64,000 bases of DNA from an uncultured Acidobacteriota bacterium. Lineage in GTDB: Bacteria > Acidobacteriota > Vicinamibacteria > Vicinamibacterales > 2-12-FULL-66-21. Positions 52,122 through 64,000 of this stretch are shown piece after piece. The position numbers and the translations under genes were made by a program. The notes under the pieces were generated by a model. That model did no database searches. It saw only the letters and a program-made list of their open reading frames with translations, and was not told the DNA's origin. Where the stretch lies: the NCBI GenBank assembly GCA_963750475.1, contig CAVVQQ010000003.1, positions 162,523-226,522 of the forward strand. Direction: 5' to 3'. The first letter of the stretch is position 1. Each line of letters opens with the position of its first letter.

Positions 52122-52885
52122 CGGCTCTTCGGCACGGCCAGCAGCTCGCCGACGCTCTTGTCGAGCGACGCGAGGTAGTCGGCGATGCTCCACGCCAGCC
52201 TGTGCCCGCTGGTGGTGAGCTCGATCCCGCTGATCAGGTCAGGTGCGGTCTCGAACCGGACCTCGACGTCAGCGGAGAACGCCTCGTTGAGCGCGTTCTG
52301 GATCAGCAAGCGCTGCTCGACCGGCATGGCGAAGGCACTGCGCACGATGGCGGGAGCGGGCGCCGTCTTCAGGGCCGCCGCGAGGCCCTGCTTCGTCTCG
52401 CCGTCCATCTCCCGCAAGCGGCGGATGAAGACCGCGCTGATCCGCTCTTCCAGACTCGTCGTCGCGAGATCGGTGAGTGCCTGTCGCGCGATGGCAAATA
52501 CTTCCTGCTGGGTCCGGCGAGCAATGGCGTGATTGAGGCGCTCGGCGTCGTGCCTCAGCGCTTCCTGTCGTGTGGCGCTCACGGCGTCGGCCGCCTGCCG
52601 CGCGTCGTCGAGGAGCCGCAGCCGCTCGGCGTTCGCCTCGTCCGTCGCCTTGCTCAGGAGTGCGGCGCGCTGCCGGTCGAGCTCCTCGTTGTCGTGCCGG
52701 AACTGGTCGCGTTCTCTCCGGGCTTCGGCCTTCGTCGCGGCGGCGTCCGCGAGTTCGCCGGCGATCCGCTTCTCCCGCTGGTCGATGGCGTGCAGGATCG
52801 GCTGGTAGAGAAAGCGCTTCATCAACCACACCAGGATGACGAAGTTGAGCGCCTGCGCACCGACGGTGAACCAATCGATCAACAC
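52118..52885 (-). CDS. atpF: N-ATPase b subunit (b-delta-like fusion)
   Basis: [27 protein letters not shown]; coiled coil; C-terminal GIEL...LAWSIADYL. Confidence 0.93.
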   Translation of the reverse strand: MLIDWFTVGAQALNFVILVWLMKRFLYQPILHAIDQREKRIAGELADAAATKAEARRERDQFRHDNEELDRQRAALLSKATDEANAERLRLLDDARQAADAVSATRQEALRHDAERLNHAIARRTQQEVFAIARQALTDLATTSLEERISAVFIRRLREMDGETKQGLAAALKTAPAPAIVRSAFAMPVEQRLLIQNALNEAFSADVEVRFETAPDLISGIELTTSGHRLAWSIADYLASLDKSVGELLAVPKSR

Positions 52886-52889
52886 CGGT

Positions 52890-53171
52890 TCACTTTCCAG
52901 TGGCCTGGGCGATCACGTGATTCCAGAACGGATTGGCAAAAATGAGAATCATCGAGACCACGAAGCAGTAGATGGCCGTGGACTCGATCATCGCCAGGCC
53001 GACAAACAGGGTCCGGGTGATGGTGGCGGAGGCGTCGGGCTGCTGGGCCAGCGCCGTCAGCGCCGTCGCGACCGACCGCCCCTCGCTGAGCGCCGGCGCC
53101 ATGCACCCGACGCCGGTCGTCAGACCGGCGATGATGATCGAGGCAACGGCAACGGAGGTCGTGTTATCCAT
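52890..53171 (-). CDS. atpE: N-ATPase c subunit
   Basis: PALSEGR, AQQPD, GLAMIESTAIY. Confidence 0.96.
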   Translation of the reverse strand: MDNTTSVAVASIIIAGLTTGVGCMAPALSEGRSVATALTALAQQPDASATITRTLFVGLAMIESTAIYCFVVSMILIFANPFWNHVIAQATGK

Positions 53172-53190
53172 AGGAGGTCCTTTGGTGAGG

Positions 53191-53886
53191 TCACGGGTGG
53201 GGCGCCGGTGCGGGCGCGGCAATGCGAGCGCGCGTGGCGGCCGCGATGTATACCGCGGCCAAAATGCTGAAAATGTAGGCCTGCACCATGCCGGTGAGCA
53301 GGCCGAGCACCGTCATGACGATTGGAAAGAGGAAGGGCGTGATGGTCAGCAGAATCCCGATGATCATCGCGCCGCTCATCATGTTGCCGAACAGGCGGAC
53401 GGCCAGCGCCAGCGTGCGCGACACTTCGCTGATGATGTTGAACGGCAGCATGATGAACGTCGGTGTCACGTAGGACCCGAGGTAGCCGGCCACGCCCTGG
53501 TCGGCGATGCCGAACATCGGCACCGCCACGAACACGCACAGCGCGAGGGCCGCAGTGGTCGAGAGTGAGCCAGTCGGCGGTTCATAGCCGGGAATGACGG
53601 TGCCGAGGCTGGCCGCGGCGACGAACAGGAAGAGCGTGCCCAGAAAGCCGAGATACTTCTCGGGGTGGGGCAGGCCGACCTCGGCGATTTGCTGCAAGAC
53701 CGTCGTGACGACGATTTCCAGCAGGTTCTGCCAGCGCGAACGTGTCAGGTCCGTGGAGAGCCGGCGCGTGATGAGTCGTGAGCCGACGGCCAGCGCGAGC
53801 ATCAGCCCCCACGTGAACACGATGGTGGCGTTGAGCTGGATGAACCCGTGTTGCCAGAAGACGATCTCATCGGGGCTAAGGCGCAT
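53191..53886 (-). CDS. atpB: N-ATPase a subunit
   Basis: PPTGSLSTT, SRTLALAVRLFGNMMSG, QAYIFSILA. Confidence 0.96.
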   Translation of the reverse strand: MRLSPDEIVFWQHGFIQLNATIVFTWGLMLALAVGSRLITRRLSTDLTRSRWQNLLEIVVTTVLQQIAEVGLPHPEKYLGFLGTLFLFVAAASLGTVIPGYEPPTGSLSTTAALALCVFVAVPMFGIADQGVAGYLGSYVTPTFIMLPFNIISEVSRTLALAVRLFGNMMSGAMIIGILLTITPFLFPIVMTVLGLLTGMVQAYIFSILAAVYIAAATRARIAAPAPAPHP

Positions 53887-54190
53887 GACGGGCCTCCCGC
53901 GCGGGGTGGGCGTGGTGTGCGCCCGCCGGCCGCGTCAGCCGCGTCACGATGAGGCGTGACATGACGAATCCCAGGAGACAGAGCAGCAGCCGCTCCCAGT
54001 GACCGCCCGAGACGACGTAGATGCCTGCCAGGGACAGGCTCATGCGCACCAGCAGGCTGACGAAGAACCACACCGCCGGCCGTTCGGACGCCACGCCCCT
54101 CTGCACCGTCCACCACAGGCCACCGAAGAACATCGCACCGAGCAGGATCCCCGCCGCCCACGCCAGCACCAGCGTCAACGTGTCATTCAT
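53876..54190 (-). CDS. atpR: N-ATPase AtpR subunit
   Basis: GAMFFGGLWWTV, SLLVRM; position in the operon. Confidence 0.87.
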   Translation of the reverse strand: MNDTLTLVLAWAAGILLGAMFFGGLWWTVQRGVASERPAVWFFVSLLVRMSLSLAGIYVVSGGHWERLLLCLLGFVMSRLIVTRLTRPAGAHHAHPAREARHAP

Positions 54191-54510
54191 GGTTCTCTCG
54201 CTGTTCATCCTGCATGGCCTGGTCTTCCTGGGCAACCCACTGCCACGCATTCCAACAGCCGATCGCGAGCCCGGCCACCAGCAGCGCCAGGGTCCACGAG
54301 TGCCTGGCTGGATGCTGTCTGTCCAGCCAGAGCCCGAGCGCCGCGCCGAGCAGCGTCGGCACCACCACCGACCAGCCGATCAGCCCCATCATGCCCAGGC
54401 CGAACCAGACCCCAGGCGCGGCGTGACGCCGCGCCCTGAGCTTGCGCGCCGCCTTCGCGCCGACCTCTTCGGCGAGCGTCGGCTGGTGCTTCGACGTGTT
54501 CGGAGAATCG

Positions 54511-54518
<8 letters not shown>
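54183..54518 (-). CDS. atpQ: N-ATPase AtpQ (AtpZ/AtpI-like)
   Basis: GLGMMGLIGWSVVVPTLLGAALGLWLD, GCWNAW. Confidence 0.87.
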
Positions 54519-56484
<1,966 letters not shown>

Positions 56485-56487
56485 GAT

Positions 56488-57678
56488 TCACGCGCTCCGA
56501 GTCGGCCCGGGCCCGAGGACGCGGGCCACAGATCTTGCGATCATGAGCTCCTCGTCCGTGTGAATGACCCGGACCGTGACCCGGCCGGCGTCCCGCGAAA
56601 TCAGCGGCGCATTCTTCGCATTGCGCCTCGGGTCGAGCTCGATGCCGAGGAAGCCGAGGCCGTCGCAGATCCGCGTCCGGATGAGCGGCGCGTTCTCGCC
56701 GATGCCGGCGGTGAAGACGAGCGTGTCGAGGCCGCCGAGCGCGGCGGCGAAGGCGCCGATCCACTTCTTTGCCTGATAGCAGAACAGGGCCACGGCGTCC
56801 CGCGCCCGCGGGTCGCCGCCCTTCGCCAGCAGGTCACGCAGGTCGGCGCTCGTGCCGGACACACCGAGCAGTCCGGACTCGTGGTTCACCATGTGCTGAA
56901 ACTGCGCCGCGGTCATGCCGTCGGCGCGCGCCAGATAGTAGACGAGGCCGGGATCCAGGTCGCCGGTGCGCGTGCTCATCACCAACCCGGCCGTGGGCGT
57001 GAAGCCCATGCTGGTGTCGATGCTCTTCCTGTTACGCACGGCCGCCAGACTGGCGCCGCTGCCGAGGTGGGCGAGGATCACGCACCCCTTGGCGGCCGCG
57101 GGATCGAGCCGGCCGAGCTCCTCCATCAAATAGGCGTAGGACAGACCGTGGAAACCGTAGCGTTCGACCCCCTTGCGCGCGTAGCGTCGCGGGATGGGCA
57201 GCAACTTGGCGACCCGCGGCAGGGTGCGGTGAAATGCGGTGTCGAAGCAGGCCACCTGGGGCAATCGCGGATGCCGCCGCCGGAACGCCTCGATCAGCGC
57301 GATCTCGAGCGGCAGGTGATCGGGGGCATACGCGGTGATGCGGTGCAGTTCCGCGAGCAGCTTCGGGGTGACCCGCTCCGGTTGGGAATGCGCCAGGCCG
57401 TGCACCACGCGGTGCCCGACCGCTTTGACCGCTGCGAAGATGGGCTGCGTCTCGAGCCACTCGAGCAGGAACGCCACCGCTGTGCGGTAATCGGCTGCGC
57501 CAAGGCGCCGGGCGGCCGTCGCCTGATCCGCCGGGTCGGTGACGATCAGCCTCGTGCCGCTGACCCCGATGCGATCGATCTTTCCGGCGAGCCGCCGCCG
57601 AGCGGCTTCATACACCGCGAACCGGATGCTCGACGACCCGCCATTGATCGTCAAGACGCAGGGCATGGGAGATGTCAT
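56488..57678 (-). CDS. ackA: Acetate/propionate kinase
   Basis: INGGSSS, GHRVVHG, FDTAFH, RYGFHGLS, HLGSGAS, SMGFTP, GIGEN. Confidence 0.96.
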   Translation of the reverse strand: MTSPMPCVLTINGGSSSIRFAVYEAARRRLAGKIDRIGVSGTRLIVTDPADQATAARRLGAADYRTAVAFLLEWLETQPIFAAVKAVGHRVVHGLAHSQPERVTPKLLAELHRITAYAPDHLPLEIALIEAFRRRHPRLPQVACFDTAFHRTLPRVAKLLPIPRRYARKGVERYGFHGLSYAYLMEELGRLDPAAAKGCVILAHLGSGASLAAVRNRKSIDTSMGFTPTAGLVMSTRTGDLDPGLVYYLARADGMTAAQFQHMVNHESGLLGVSGTSADLRDLLAKGGDPRARDAVALFCYQAKKWIGAFAAALGGLDTLVFTAGIGENAPLIRTRICDGLGFLGIELDPRRNAKNAPLISRDAGRVTVRVIHTDEELMIARSVARVLGPGPTRSA

Positions 57679-57747
57679 AGCGCTTCAGCATTACCTTACG
57701 CAGCTGGGCAATGGGAACGCTGTTCAGAATGGCACAGACGGCCGGCG

Positions 57748-58140
57748 CTAGCCCGAATCAGACCTGGACCCGCCCTTGATGTCTCGCAGGACCCGTCGCA
57801 TGTCCTCGACCACCTTCATACCGTCGAGCGTCGCCTGCAGTGACGCAGCGGTCGCCTCGACGGCATTCACGACCGCGCCGCGCGCCGCTTCGGCAGCGCC
57901 GCGGGCCTCCTCGGCCGCGATGCGCGCATGCTCCGCCGCTATCCGTGTTGCCTCGGCGGCCTCACGCAGCCGCTCTCGTTCCTGTCGCACGGTCTCGAGG
58001 GCCTGCCGGTGCCCGTCGCGGGTTTCACGGGCCTCCTCAGCCAGGCGCCGGCGCGTCTCCGCCTCCAGCAGCGAACGGTCGTCCGCCGAGTGGCTCGTTG
58101 GCTTGTCGCCCGGCGGCGTCGACAGTGGATCATCGGGCAT
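57748..58140 (-). CDS. Hypothetical Ala/Glu/Arg-rich coiled-coil protein
   Basis: AGGAG RBS; heptad AAE.AR. repeats. Confidence 0.55.
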   Translation of the reverse strand: MPDDPLSTPPGDKPTSHSADDRSLLEAETRRRLAEEARETRDGHRQALETVRQERERLREAAEATRIAAEHARIAAEEARGAAEAARGAVVNAVEATAASLQATLDGMKVVEDMRRVLRDIKGGSRSDSG

Positions 58141-58522
58141 GTGGGACTCCTCAGGAGCCTATCAACGACTGTGGGAGACGCCGTGTCCTCAAGTGAACAG
58201 CCTCGACGGCGCTGTGATCGTGGTGGTGACGGGATTGCCGCTCCCCACCCTTCCGGCCGGAGGCTGTATCCTCCATCTTCAGGCGTTCTGCCGCCACGAC
58301 GCTGTCTCTTTTCGCACATCGTTCAGATCGCCGGCAGGTGGTGTCGAGTGCCGTCGAGCTGCATCGGGTCACGCAGCGCCCGAGTTCCCCGTACCAGTGG
58401 GCGCGGTCACGCCGTCATTGACGTCCCGGCGGCGAGCGCCGGCGTGCCGCAAGCCGCGAATGGTAGAGTCGCTCTTGCAGACACACAGGCGGCGGTCGCC
58501 GCGAGCGAAGGGGACGGGACGG

Positions 58523-59449
58523 ATGAAAGTCGGCATTGTCGGAACCGGTTGGGTCGGCGCCAGCGTCGCGATGTCAACGCTGCACACCGGCATCGTGACC
58601 GAACTGATGCTATGCGATGTCAACCCGGCCCTCGCCGAAGGCGAAGCCCTGGATCTCGCCCATGGCGCGTCATTCTATCCACCGGCGCACGTCCGCTGCG
58701 CGCCGCTCGACGATCTCTGCACGGCCGATGCGGTGGTCGTCGCGGCGGGACGCGGTGGACGGCCGACCGAGAGCCGTCTCGATCTGCTGCGCGACAACGC
58801 CGCCATCGTTCGAGGCATCGCCGCGCGCCTGTCGGGATTCGGTGGTGTGCTCGTGATCGTGACGAATCCGGTGGATGTCATGACCCGGATTGCCGTCGAG
58901 GCGTCTGGCCTGCCACCCGAGCGGGTCGTTGGCACCGGCACGATGCTCGATACGGCGCGCCTGCGCCGCATCATCAGTGATCATCTCCGCCTCGACGCGC
59001 GCGCCGTCCACGCCCTGGTGATTGGCGAACACGGCGACTCCGAAGTGGTCCTCTGGTCGCAGGCCCGCGCCGGTGGCATGTCCTTGCGGAACTGGGCCGG
59101 CTGGGACGAGGGGCTCGAGGCGGCCGTGGCGGAACAGGTCCGGAAGGCGGCCTACGAGATCATCGCCAGGAAGGGCGCGACCAACCACGCGATCGGCCTG
59201 GTCACCGCCGACCTGCTTCGATCCGTGCTGCGCAACGAGCGGCGGGTCCTGACGGTCTCCCGCGTCCAGACCGGTACCTGGGGCGTCCACGACGTGGCCA
59301 TTTCCCTGCCCGCCGTGGTCGGACGCGACGGCGCCGCGATGGTCGTCGCGCCGGAGATCAGCGCCGACGAACGCGCCGCGTTTCAGCGCTCGGTATCCGT
59401 CCTCGCCGCGGCTGCGGCATCACTCTCGGCACCGTCTCGAAAACCCTGA
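58523..59449 (+). CDS. ldh: L-lactate/malate dehydrogenase family, LDH-like
   Basis: VGTGWVG, ESRLDLL, VTNPVD, GTMLDTARLR, GEHGDS, KGATNHAIG. Confidence 0.9.
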   Translation: MKVGIVGTGWVGASVAMSTLHTGIVTELMLCDVNPALAEGEALDLAHGASFYPPAHVRCAPLDDLCTADAVVVAAGRGGRPTESRLDLLRDNAAIVRGIAARLSGFGGVLVIVTNPVDVMTRIAVEASGLPPERVVGTGTMLDTARLRRIISDHLRLDARAVHALVIGEHGDSEVVLWSQARAGGMSLRNWAGWDEGLEAAVAEQVRKAAYEIIARKGATNHAIGLVTADLLRSVLRNERRVLTVSRVQTGTWGVHDVAISLPAVVGRDGAAMVVAPEISADERAAFQRSVSVLAAAAASLSAPSRKP

Positions 59450-59549
59450 CGCCGGCCATCCCGCCAGCGGAAGGCGTTGACCGGCTTGGCCGACAAATCG
59501 CCGAAGCCTCGCGAGGCCGGCGGCGCACTGGCCCTGTTCCGGGGCGGGG

Positions 59550-60377
59550 TCAGCGCTGGCAAGCCGGGCAGTAGAACGTCGAACGGCCGGCCTGCGCGAT
59601 CCGCCGGATGGTGCCGCCGCATCCGGGCGTCGGGCACGGCTCGCCGCCACGGTCGTAGACCCGGAAACGGCCGCCGTGGCCGCTACGGGCCTTCTGCGTG
59701 ATCGCCCGGCGCAGCACGCGCTTGACCGCCGCCGCCAGTCGGTTTGCCGCGGCGCGGGGCCGACCGGCCGGGGTCGCGATCGTCGACGCCCGCCGGCGCG
59801 GCGACAGGCGGGCGAGGTGCAGCGCCTCGCTCGCGTAGATATTGCCGATCCCGGCGGCGATACGCTGGTCGAGGAGCGCCACCTTGATTGAAACGCGCTT
59901 CCCGGCGCACGCCGCCGCCAGCGCCGCGGCGTCGAATGAGGACGACAGCGGCTCGGGCCCCATCACCGCCAGGGCACGATGCGACCCGAGTGCGGCGCCG
60001 CCGACGACGTCCATGACGCCAAACCGGCGCGGGTCGTTGAAGGTGACCGTGCGTCCGTTCGAGAGCGCGAACACGACGTGGTCGTGGGTGTCCGTCGCGG
60101 CCGCGCCGGTCGTTGTCGCGGCGGTGCGGTCGACCCGGAACGAGCCGGACATGCCGAGGTGCATCAGGAGCGCGTCACCGGAGTCCAGCGTCGCGACCAG
60201 GTACTTACCGCGGCGCTCGAGCGACCGGATGCGGCGGCGCTCGAGGCGGTGCGCGAAGTCGGGGGGAAACGGCCGGCGCAGACCGGCGCGGCGAAGCACG
60301 ACACGGTCGATTCTCGCCCCGCACATGACCGGCTCGAGCCGGCGCCGCACGGCTTCGACCTCGGGAAGTTCGGGCAT
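59550..60377 (-). CDS. mutM: Formamidopyrimidine-DNA glycosylase
   Basis: MPELPEVE, RRGKY, HLGMSG, GIGNIYASE, CPTPGC...CPACQ zinc finger. Confidence 0.97.
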   Translation of the reverse strand: MPELPEVEAVRRRLEPVMCGARIDRVVLRRAGLRRPFPPDFAHRLERRRIRSLERRGKYLVATLDSGDALLMHLGMSGSFRVDRTAATTTGAAATDTHDHVVFALSNGRTVTFNDPRRFGVMDVVGGAALGSHRALAVMGPEPLSSSFDAAALAAACAGKRVSIKVALLDQRIAAGIGNIYASEALHLARLSPRRRASTIATPAGRPRAAANRLAAAVKRVLRRAITQKARSGHGGRFRVYDRGGEPCPTPGCGGTIRRIAQAGRSTFYCPACQR

Positions 60378-60495
60378 CGTCCCATCATGGCACGCGGCCG
60401 GACAAACGTGCCGTGGCCGCGACGCCGTGTAAGCTTCGTCATATGGCGCGCGACGGCCGGCGCCCGCACGAGCGCGGCGAAGGAGCAAAGAGATC

Positions 60496-62085
60496 ATGAC
60501 CGCGAGCGACGGAGTGCTCCTTCTGCTGCTCGGCACACTGCTCGTGGTCGCCATCAGCCGGCGCCTTCGCACCCCGGCGCCCGTTGTCCTCTCGATCGCC
60601 GGCGTCGGCGTCGGTGTGGTCTGGCGGTTGCTGTCGCTGCCGGCCATCGCGTTCCCGCCGCATCTCGTCCTGCTGGTGTTCCTGCCGCCGCTGCTGCTGC
60701 GCGCCGCCTATGCGGTCCCGCTCGGCGCCTTTCGCGCCAACCTGCGCGCCATTCTGCTGCTCGCCGTCGGCCTCGTCCTGGTGACGATGGTGACATCGGC
60801 ATTCGCGGCGCACCTCGTCTTGCCGGCACTGCCATGGGCAGCGCTGCTGGTTCTGGGAGCGATTGTCGCGCCGCCGGACCCGGTCGCCGCCACCGCGATG
60901 GCGCAGCGGACCGGGCTCTCCGGCCGACTGGTGACGATCCTCGAAGGCGAGGGGCTGATCAACGATGCGATCGCGATTGTCGCTTACCAGCTGGCCATCG
61001 AGGCGGTGGTGGTCGGCGGCGTCACGCTGCCCGACATGCTGCTCGCCGTCGCGCGCGAATCCGCCGAAGGAGTGGCGGTCGGTCTGGCGCTCGGCTGGGT
61101 GTCGATCCAGGTCCGCCGCCGCCTGGACGATCCGGCGCTCGAGACGGGAATCTCGCTGCTGGCGCCGTTTGTGACCTACCAGCTCGCCGACCGGCTGGGT
61201 GGATCCGCGGTCCTGGCGGTCGTGACGCTCGGCCTCGTGCTGCGCCGTCACGACCTGCGGATTTCGGAGCCGGCGACCCGGCTCAACACCCGGGCCGTGT
61301 GGCAGGCGCTGGACTTTGCCGGCACGACGCTGGTCTTCATGCTGATCGGCATCCAGCTCGGCGCCGCCAGCGCCGCCACGATCACCTCGGGCATGGTGGT
61401 CGCCGGCGCAGCCGTCGCCGGAAGCGTGATCGCGCTGCGGCTGGGATGGATGCTCACGGTGCCGCATCTCACCCGCGTGCTGGGTGCGGCCGGCCGGCAC
61501 AGTGGCCCCGCGCCGTCCTGGCAGGAGCTCACCGTGCTCGGCTGGGCCGGCATCCGCGGCGTCGTCTCCCTGGCGCTGGCGCTGGCGCTGCCGTTGACGA
61601 CGGCGAGCGGCGCGCCGTTCCCGGGGCGGTCGGAAATCATCTTCCTTGCTTTTGCCGTCATCCTGGCCACCCTGATTGTGCAGGGGCTGACCCTGGTCCC
61701 GCTGACGCGGCTGCTCGGCGTCGGCGATCCGGAAGCGGAAGTCCGGGCCGAAGGGCGCGTCCGCGAGCGGGCGCGCCGCGCCGCCCAGGCCGTCCTGCGC
61801 CGCGTCGTCACCGCCGAGCGGCTGCCGGCAGAGACGTGCCGGCGGATCGCGGCGGCGGTCGACGGGGGAGAGGTCGGCATCGCAGCCGGCGGCGCCGCCG
61901 AGGCGCTCGGTGTGCTGGAGGACGTCATCATGGTGCAGCGTACCGTGGTCGCCCACGCGCGCAACCTGGCGCGGATCGGCGACGAGCTCGCGCTGCAGCT
62001 CGAGGCGGAGCTGGATCGCGACCTCGTCCGGCTGCGCGGGGAAGCCGCCAGTGCGGGCCGGATGGCGGTTGGGACGGGCGATTGA
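60496..62085 (+). CDS. CPA1 family Na+/H+ antiporter
   Basis: FLPPLL, APPDPVA, EGEGLINDA, GIRGVVSLALAL. Confidence 0.9.
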   Translation: MTASDGVLLLLLGTLLVVAISRRLRTPAPVVLSIAGVGVGVVWRLLSLPAIAFPPHLVLLVFLPPLLLRAAYAVPLGAFRANLRAILLLAVGLVLVTMVTSAFAAHLVLPALPWAALLVLGAIVAPPDPVAATAMAQRTGLSGRLVTILEGEGLINDAIAIVAYQLAIEAVVVGGVTLPDMLLAVARESAEGVAVGLALGWVSIQVRRRLDDPALETGISLLAPFVTYQLADRLGGSAVLAVVTLGLVLRRHDLRISEPATRLNTRAVWQALDFAGTTLVFMLIGIQLGAASAATITSGMVVAGAAVAGSVIALRLGWMLTVPHLTRVLGAAGRHSGPAPSWQELTVLGWAGIRGVVSLALALALPLTTASGAPFPGRSEIIFLAFAVILATLIVQGLTLVPLTRLLGVGDPEAEVRAEGRVRERARRAAQAVLRRVVTAERLPAETCRRIAAAVDGGEVGIAAGGAAEALGVLEDVIMVQRTVVAHARNLARIGDELALQLEAELDRDLVRLRGEAASAGRMAVGTGD

Positions 62086-62369
62086 CGGCGTCTTCACCTC
62101 ACGGATACGAACGCTCGTCCCCAATGTATTCCAGGCGCACCGGGCTCGACGGCTTCGGCGTGCATTCGGCGCCAAGGTCGACGCGCCTTGCGAGCTGAGT
62201 GGCGAGCGTCGCGTGGCGTGGTGGCGCCTCATTGTCGAAGTTCGAACCACGGCCGGGAAATTGCCTTCATGATGCTCGGCGCTGTCCGGCGCGCACCTTC
62301 CACGTAACCGTCCGCAACGGGGTGCTCCGCGCCTTTGCGGAGGGAAACCCGATCCGCTTCAGGAAATGA

Positions 62370-63500
62370 GTGAATATGATTTCGTCGCCTGTCATCCGGC
62401 GCCGTGCCGGCTTTATCGCCGCGACGGCGCTTTTTGTAATCGGCGTACCAGAACTGTCGTGGGCGCAGCAGGATTCCAATCCGATCATGGTCACGGTGGA
62501 TGCACCCCTGGCCTCGGCGACCGTGACGATACCCTTCCGGCTCAGCGGTTGGGCGCTCGACCGGCAGGCGGTGTCGGACGCAGGCATAGACGCGGTTCAG
62601 GTGTGGGCGGCGGCGGGTGGCGGAGCGCCACCGGCCTTTCTCGGGGCAGCGACCATTCAGGGCAGCCGCCCCGACGTGGCCGCCGCATTCGGTTCGCAAT
62701 ATGCGGCCTCGGGGTTCGACCTTCTTGTCACGAGCGGACTGCCGGTTGGGACCCACCAGATTCAGGTGTTCGCCAGGAGCGCGTCGACAAAGCAGTACGC
62801 GCCGGCGCTGTCGATCACGGTGACCGTGCGTGGCGTGTCCTTGAGCGACTTGACGTGCTCCGAAGGGCAGGTAGTGGCCTGGAATGGATCGATGTGGTTG
62901 TGTTCAGACCGTGCCGGCGATCAGGGCGTCGCGGGACCGGCCGGTCCGAGCGGCTCCGTGGGGCCGACCGGAGCAACCGGACCGACCGGACTGACGGGTG
63001 CCACCGGAGCCGCCGGGCCGACGGGCGCAGCCGGCCCGACGGGTGCCAGCGGCGCAACCGGCGCGACTGGCGCGACAGGGACGGTCGCTTCAGCGTTCGC
63101 GTATGTCTATCAGCAAATTACCCAGCAGACCGTCGGCGCATTCGCCGCCGTCCCGTGGGGGACCAATGGGCCGCTTTCCGGCATCACCCACACCGCCGGC
63201 TCATCGTCCATCGTCGTCCAGACCGCCGGCACCTACCTCGTGGACTGGAACGTGGGGGCCTCGAGTAATCCGGTGCACTTCTGCCTGACAAAGAACGGGA
63301 CGACACTTCCCGGCAGTTGTCTCTACGCCTACACCTCCGGCGGCGCTCAGCCGACGGCAGGCTTGAGCTTCATGGCCTCCCTCGCGGCCGGTGACTCACT
63401 GTCACTCGTCAGCCAGCTTCCCTACGCCATAACCATCAACGGTTCGTACAACGGCGCCCCGTCGATCAACTCCAGCGCCCGGCTCGTCCGGATTCAGTAG
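62370..63500 (+). CDS. Secreted collagen-like protein (Ig-like N-domain, Gly-X-Y stalk, BclA/C1q-like head)
   Basis: Signal peptide; SGWALD...RPDVAAAFG; 19 GXY triplets; beta-rich C-terminus with [10 protein letters not shown]. Confidence 0.8.
   Translation: MNMISSPVIRRRAGFIAATALFVIGVPELSWAQQDSNPIMVTVDAPLASATVTIPFRLSGWALDRQAVSDAGIDAVQVWAAAGGGAPPAFLGAATIQGSRPDVAAAFGSQYAASGFDLLVTSGLPVGTHQIQVFARSASTKQYAPALSITVTVRGVSLSDLTCSEGQVVAWNGSMWLCSDRAGDQGVAGPAGPSGSVGPTGATGPTGLTGATGAAGPTGAAGPTGASGATGATGATGTVASAFAYVYQQITQQTVGAFAAVPWGTNGPLSGITHTAGSSSIVVQTAGTYLVDWNVGASSNPVHFCLTKNGTTLPGSCLYAYTSGGAQPTAGLSFMASLAAGDSLSLVSQLPYAITINGSYNGAPSINSSARLVRIQ
62916..63086 (+). repeat. Collagen Gly-X-Y coding repeat (19 triplets)
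   Basis: [57 protein letters not shown]. Confidence 0.92.
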
Positions 63501-63613
63501 GAGCGCGAGTGGGTCCACCGCCGTCCCCGGATGCTGAGCCCGCCAGCGACCACGATGAGGCTCGATGAGCCGGGTGGCGGCATACAATGCCGGCACCGGA
63601 TGGCTGCGAATCG

Positions 63614-64000
63614 ATGACGGCTTCAGGCCCGACACGGCCGGCTTCAGCGAATCACGACGGAAGCGGCGTGGTCCAGTCCTTCGCAGGGCGTGGCGGGGCG
63701 CTCGCCGCCGGGCTGATTCTCGCCATGCTCGCCGCCGTCGCCGCCATCGAGCTGGCGATGGGCCGGGTGCCGATCTGCGCCTGCGGAACGATCCGCCTGT
63801 GGCAGGGTGTCGTCGCCAGCGCGGAGAACTCGCAGCAGCTCACCGACTGGTACACGTTCACGCACGTCCTCCACGGCATCGGCTTCTACGCCCTGCTGGC
63901 GTTCGCGGCGCCCGGGCGGCCGCTGCGGGACCGCCTCGTGATGGCGGTGGCAATCGAGGGCGCCTGGGAAGTGGTCGAGAACTCGCCGTTCATCATCGAC
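63614..64000 (+). CDS. DUF2585 (UPF0314) family membrane protein, partial
   Basis: [50 protein letters not shown], hand-translated. Confidence 0.88.
   Translation, partial: MTASGPTRPASANHDGSGVVQSFAGRGGALAAGLILAMLAAVAAIELAMGRVPICACGTIRLWQGVVASAENSQQLTDWYTFTHVLHGIGFYALLAFAAPGRPLRDRLVMAVAIEGAWEVVENSPFIID

Noticed and set aside
59979..62250. Long alternative-frame ORFs (739 aa, 603 aa) and similar shadows over kdpA, ackA and rhtA
   Set aside because: Arg/Ala/Pro-rich shadow ORFs typical of high-GC DNA, overlapping well-supported genes.

Overview
High-GC bacterial DNA, probably Acidobacteriota (Vicinamibacterales-like), inferred from a PadR + ADOP-type permease pair. Many otherwise conserved genes carry single-base frameshifts, often in homopolymers, which suggests long-read indel errors. 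Layout: (1) core genes: recR end, LPG-synthase-like, DUF4203-like, osmC. (2) tRNA-Asn(GTT) at 2417-2491. (3) About 31 kb directly downstream, cut into tandem cargo units by a ~200-bp repeat at 8327, 12547, 22193, 32092 and (truncated) 33152. Copies 1-3 carry the tRNA's last six bases (GAGCCA; GAGCCG in copy 4) as a core, flanked by IHF-consensus boxes, a GGCGAAA direct repeat and 27-bp inverted repeats. The tRNA itself is followed by only the right half of the repeat. This is the geometry expected from serial site-specific integration at the tRNA 3' end, yet no integrase is present in the window. This integrase-less, tRNA-anchored cassette array is the best candidate for an undescribed system. 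Cargo: unit 1, DUF1778/GNAT toxin-antitoxin + NDT/TIR-like protein + Gabija-like pair; unit 2, PadR/ADOP + decayed BrnTA; unit 3, MocR cluster; unit 4, a complete kdp locus; unit 5, BrnTA. (4) A mosaic of genes and gene fragments, transaldolase, SulP, a P1B ATPase, a full N-ATPase operon (atpDCQRBEFAG), ackA, ldh, mutM, a CPA1 antiporter, a collagen-like protein and a partial DUF2585 gene. All family calls come from motif recognition by eye; no database search was run.
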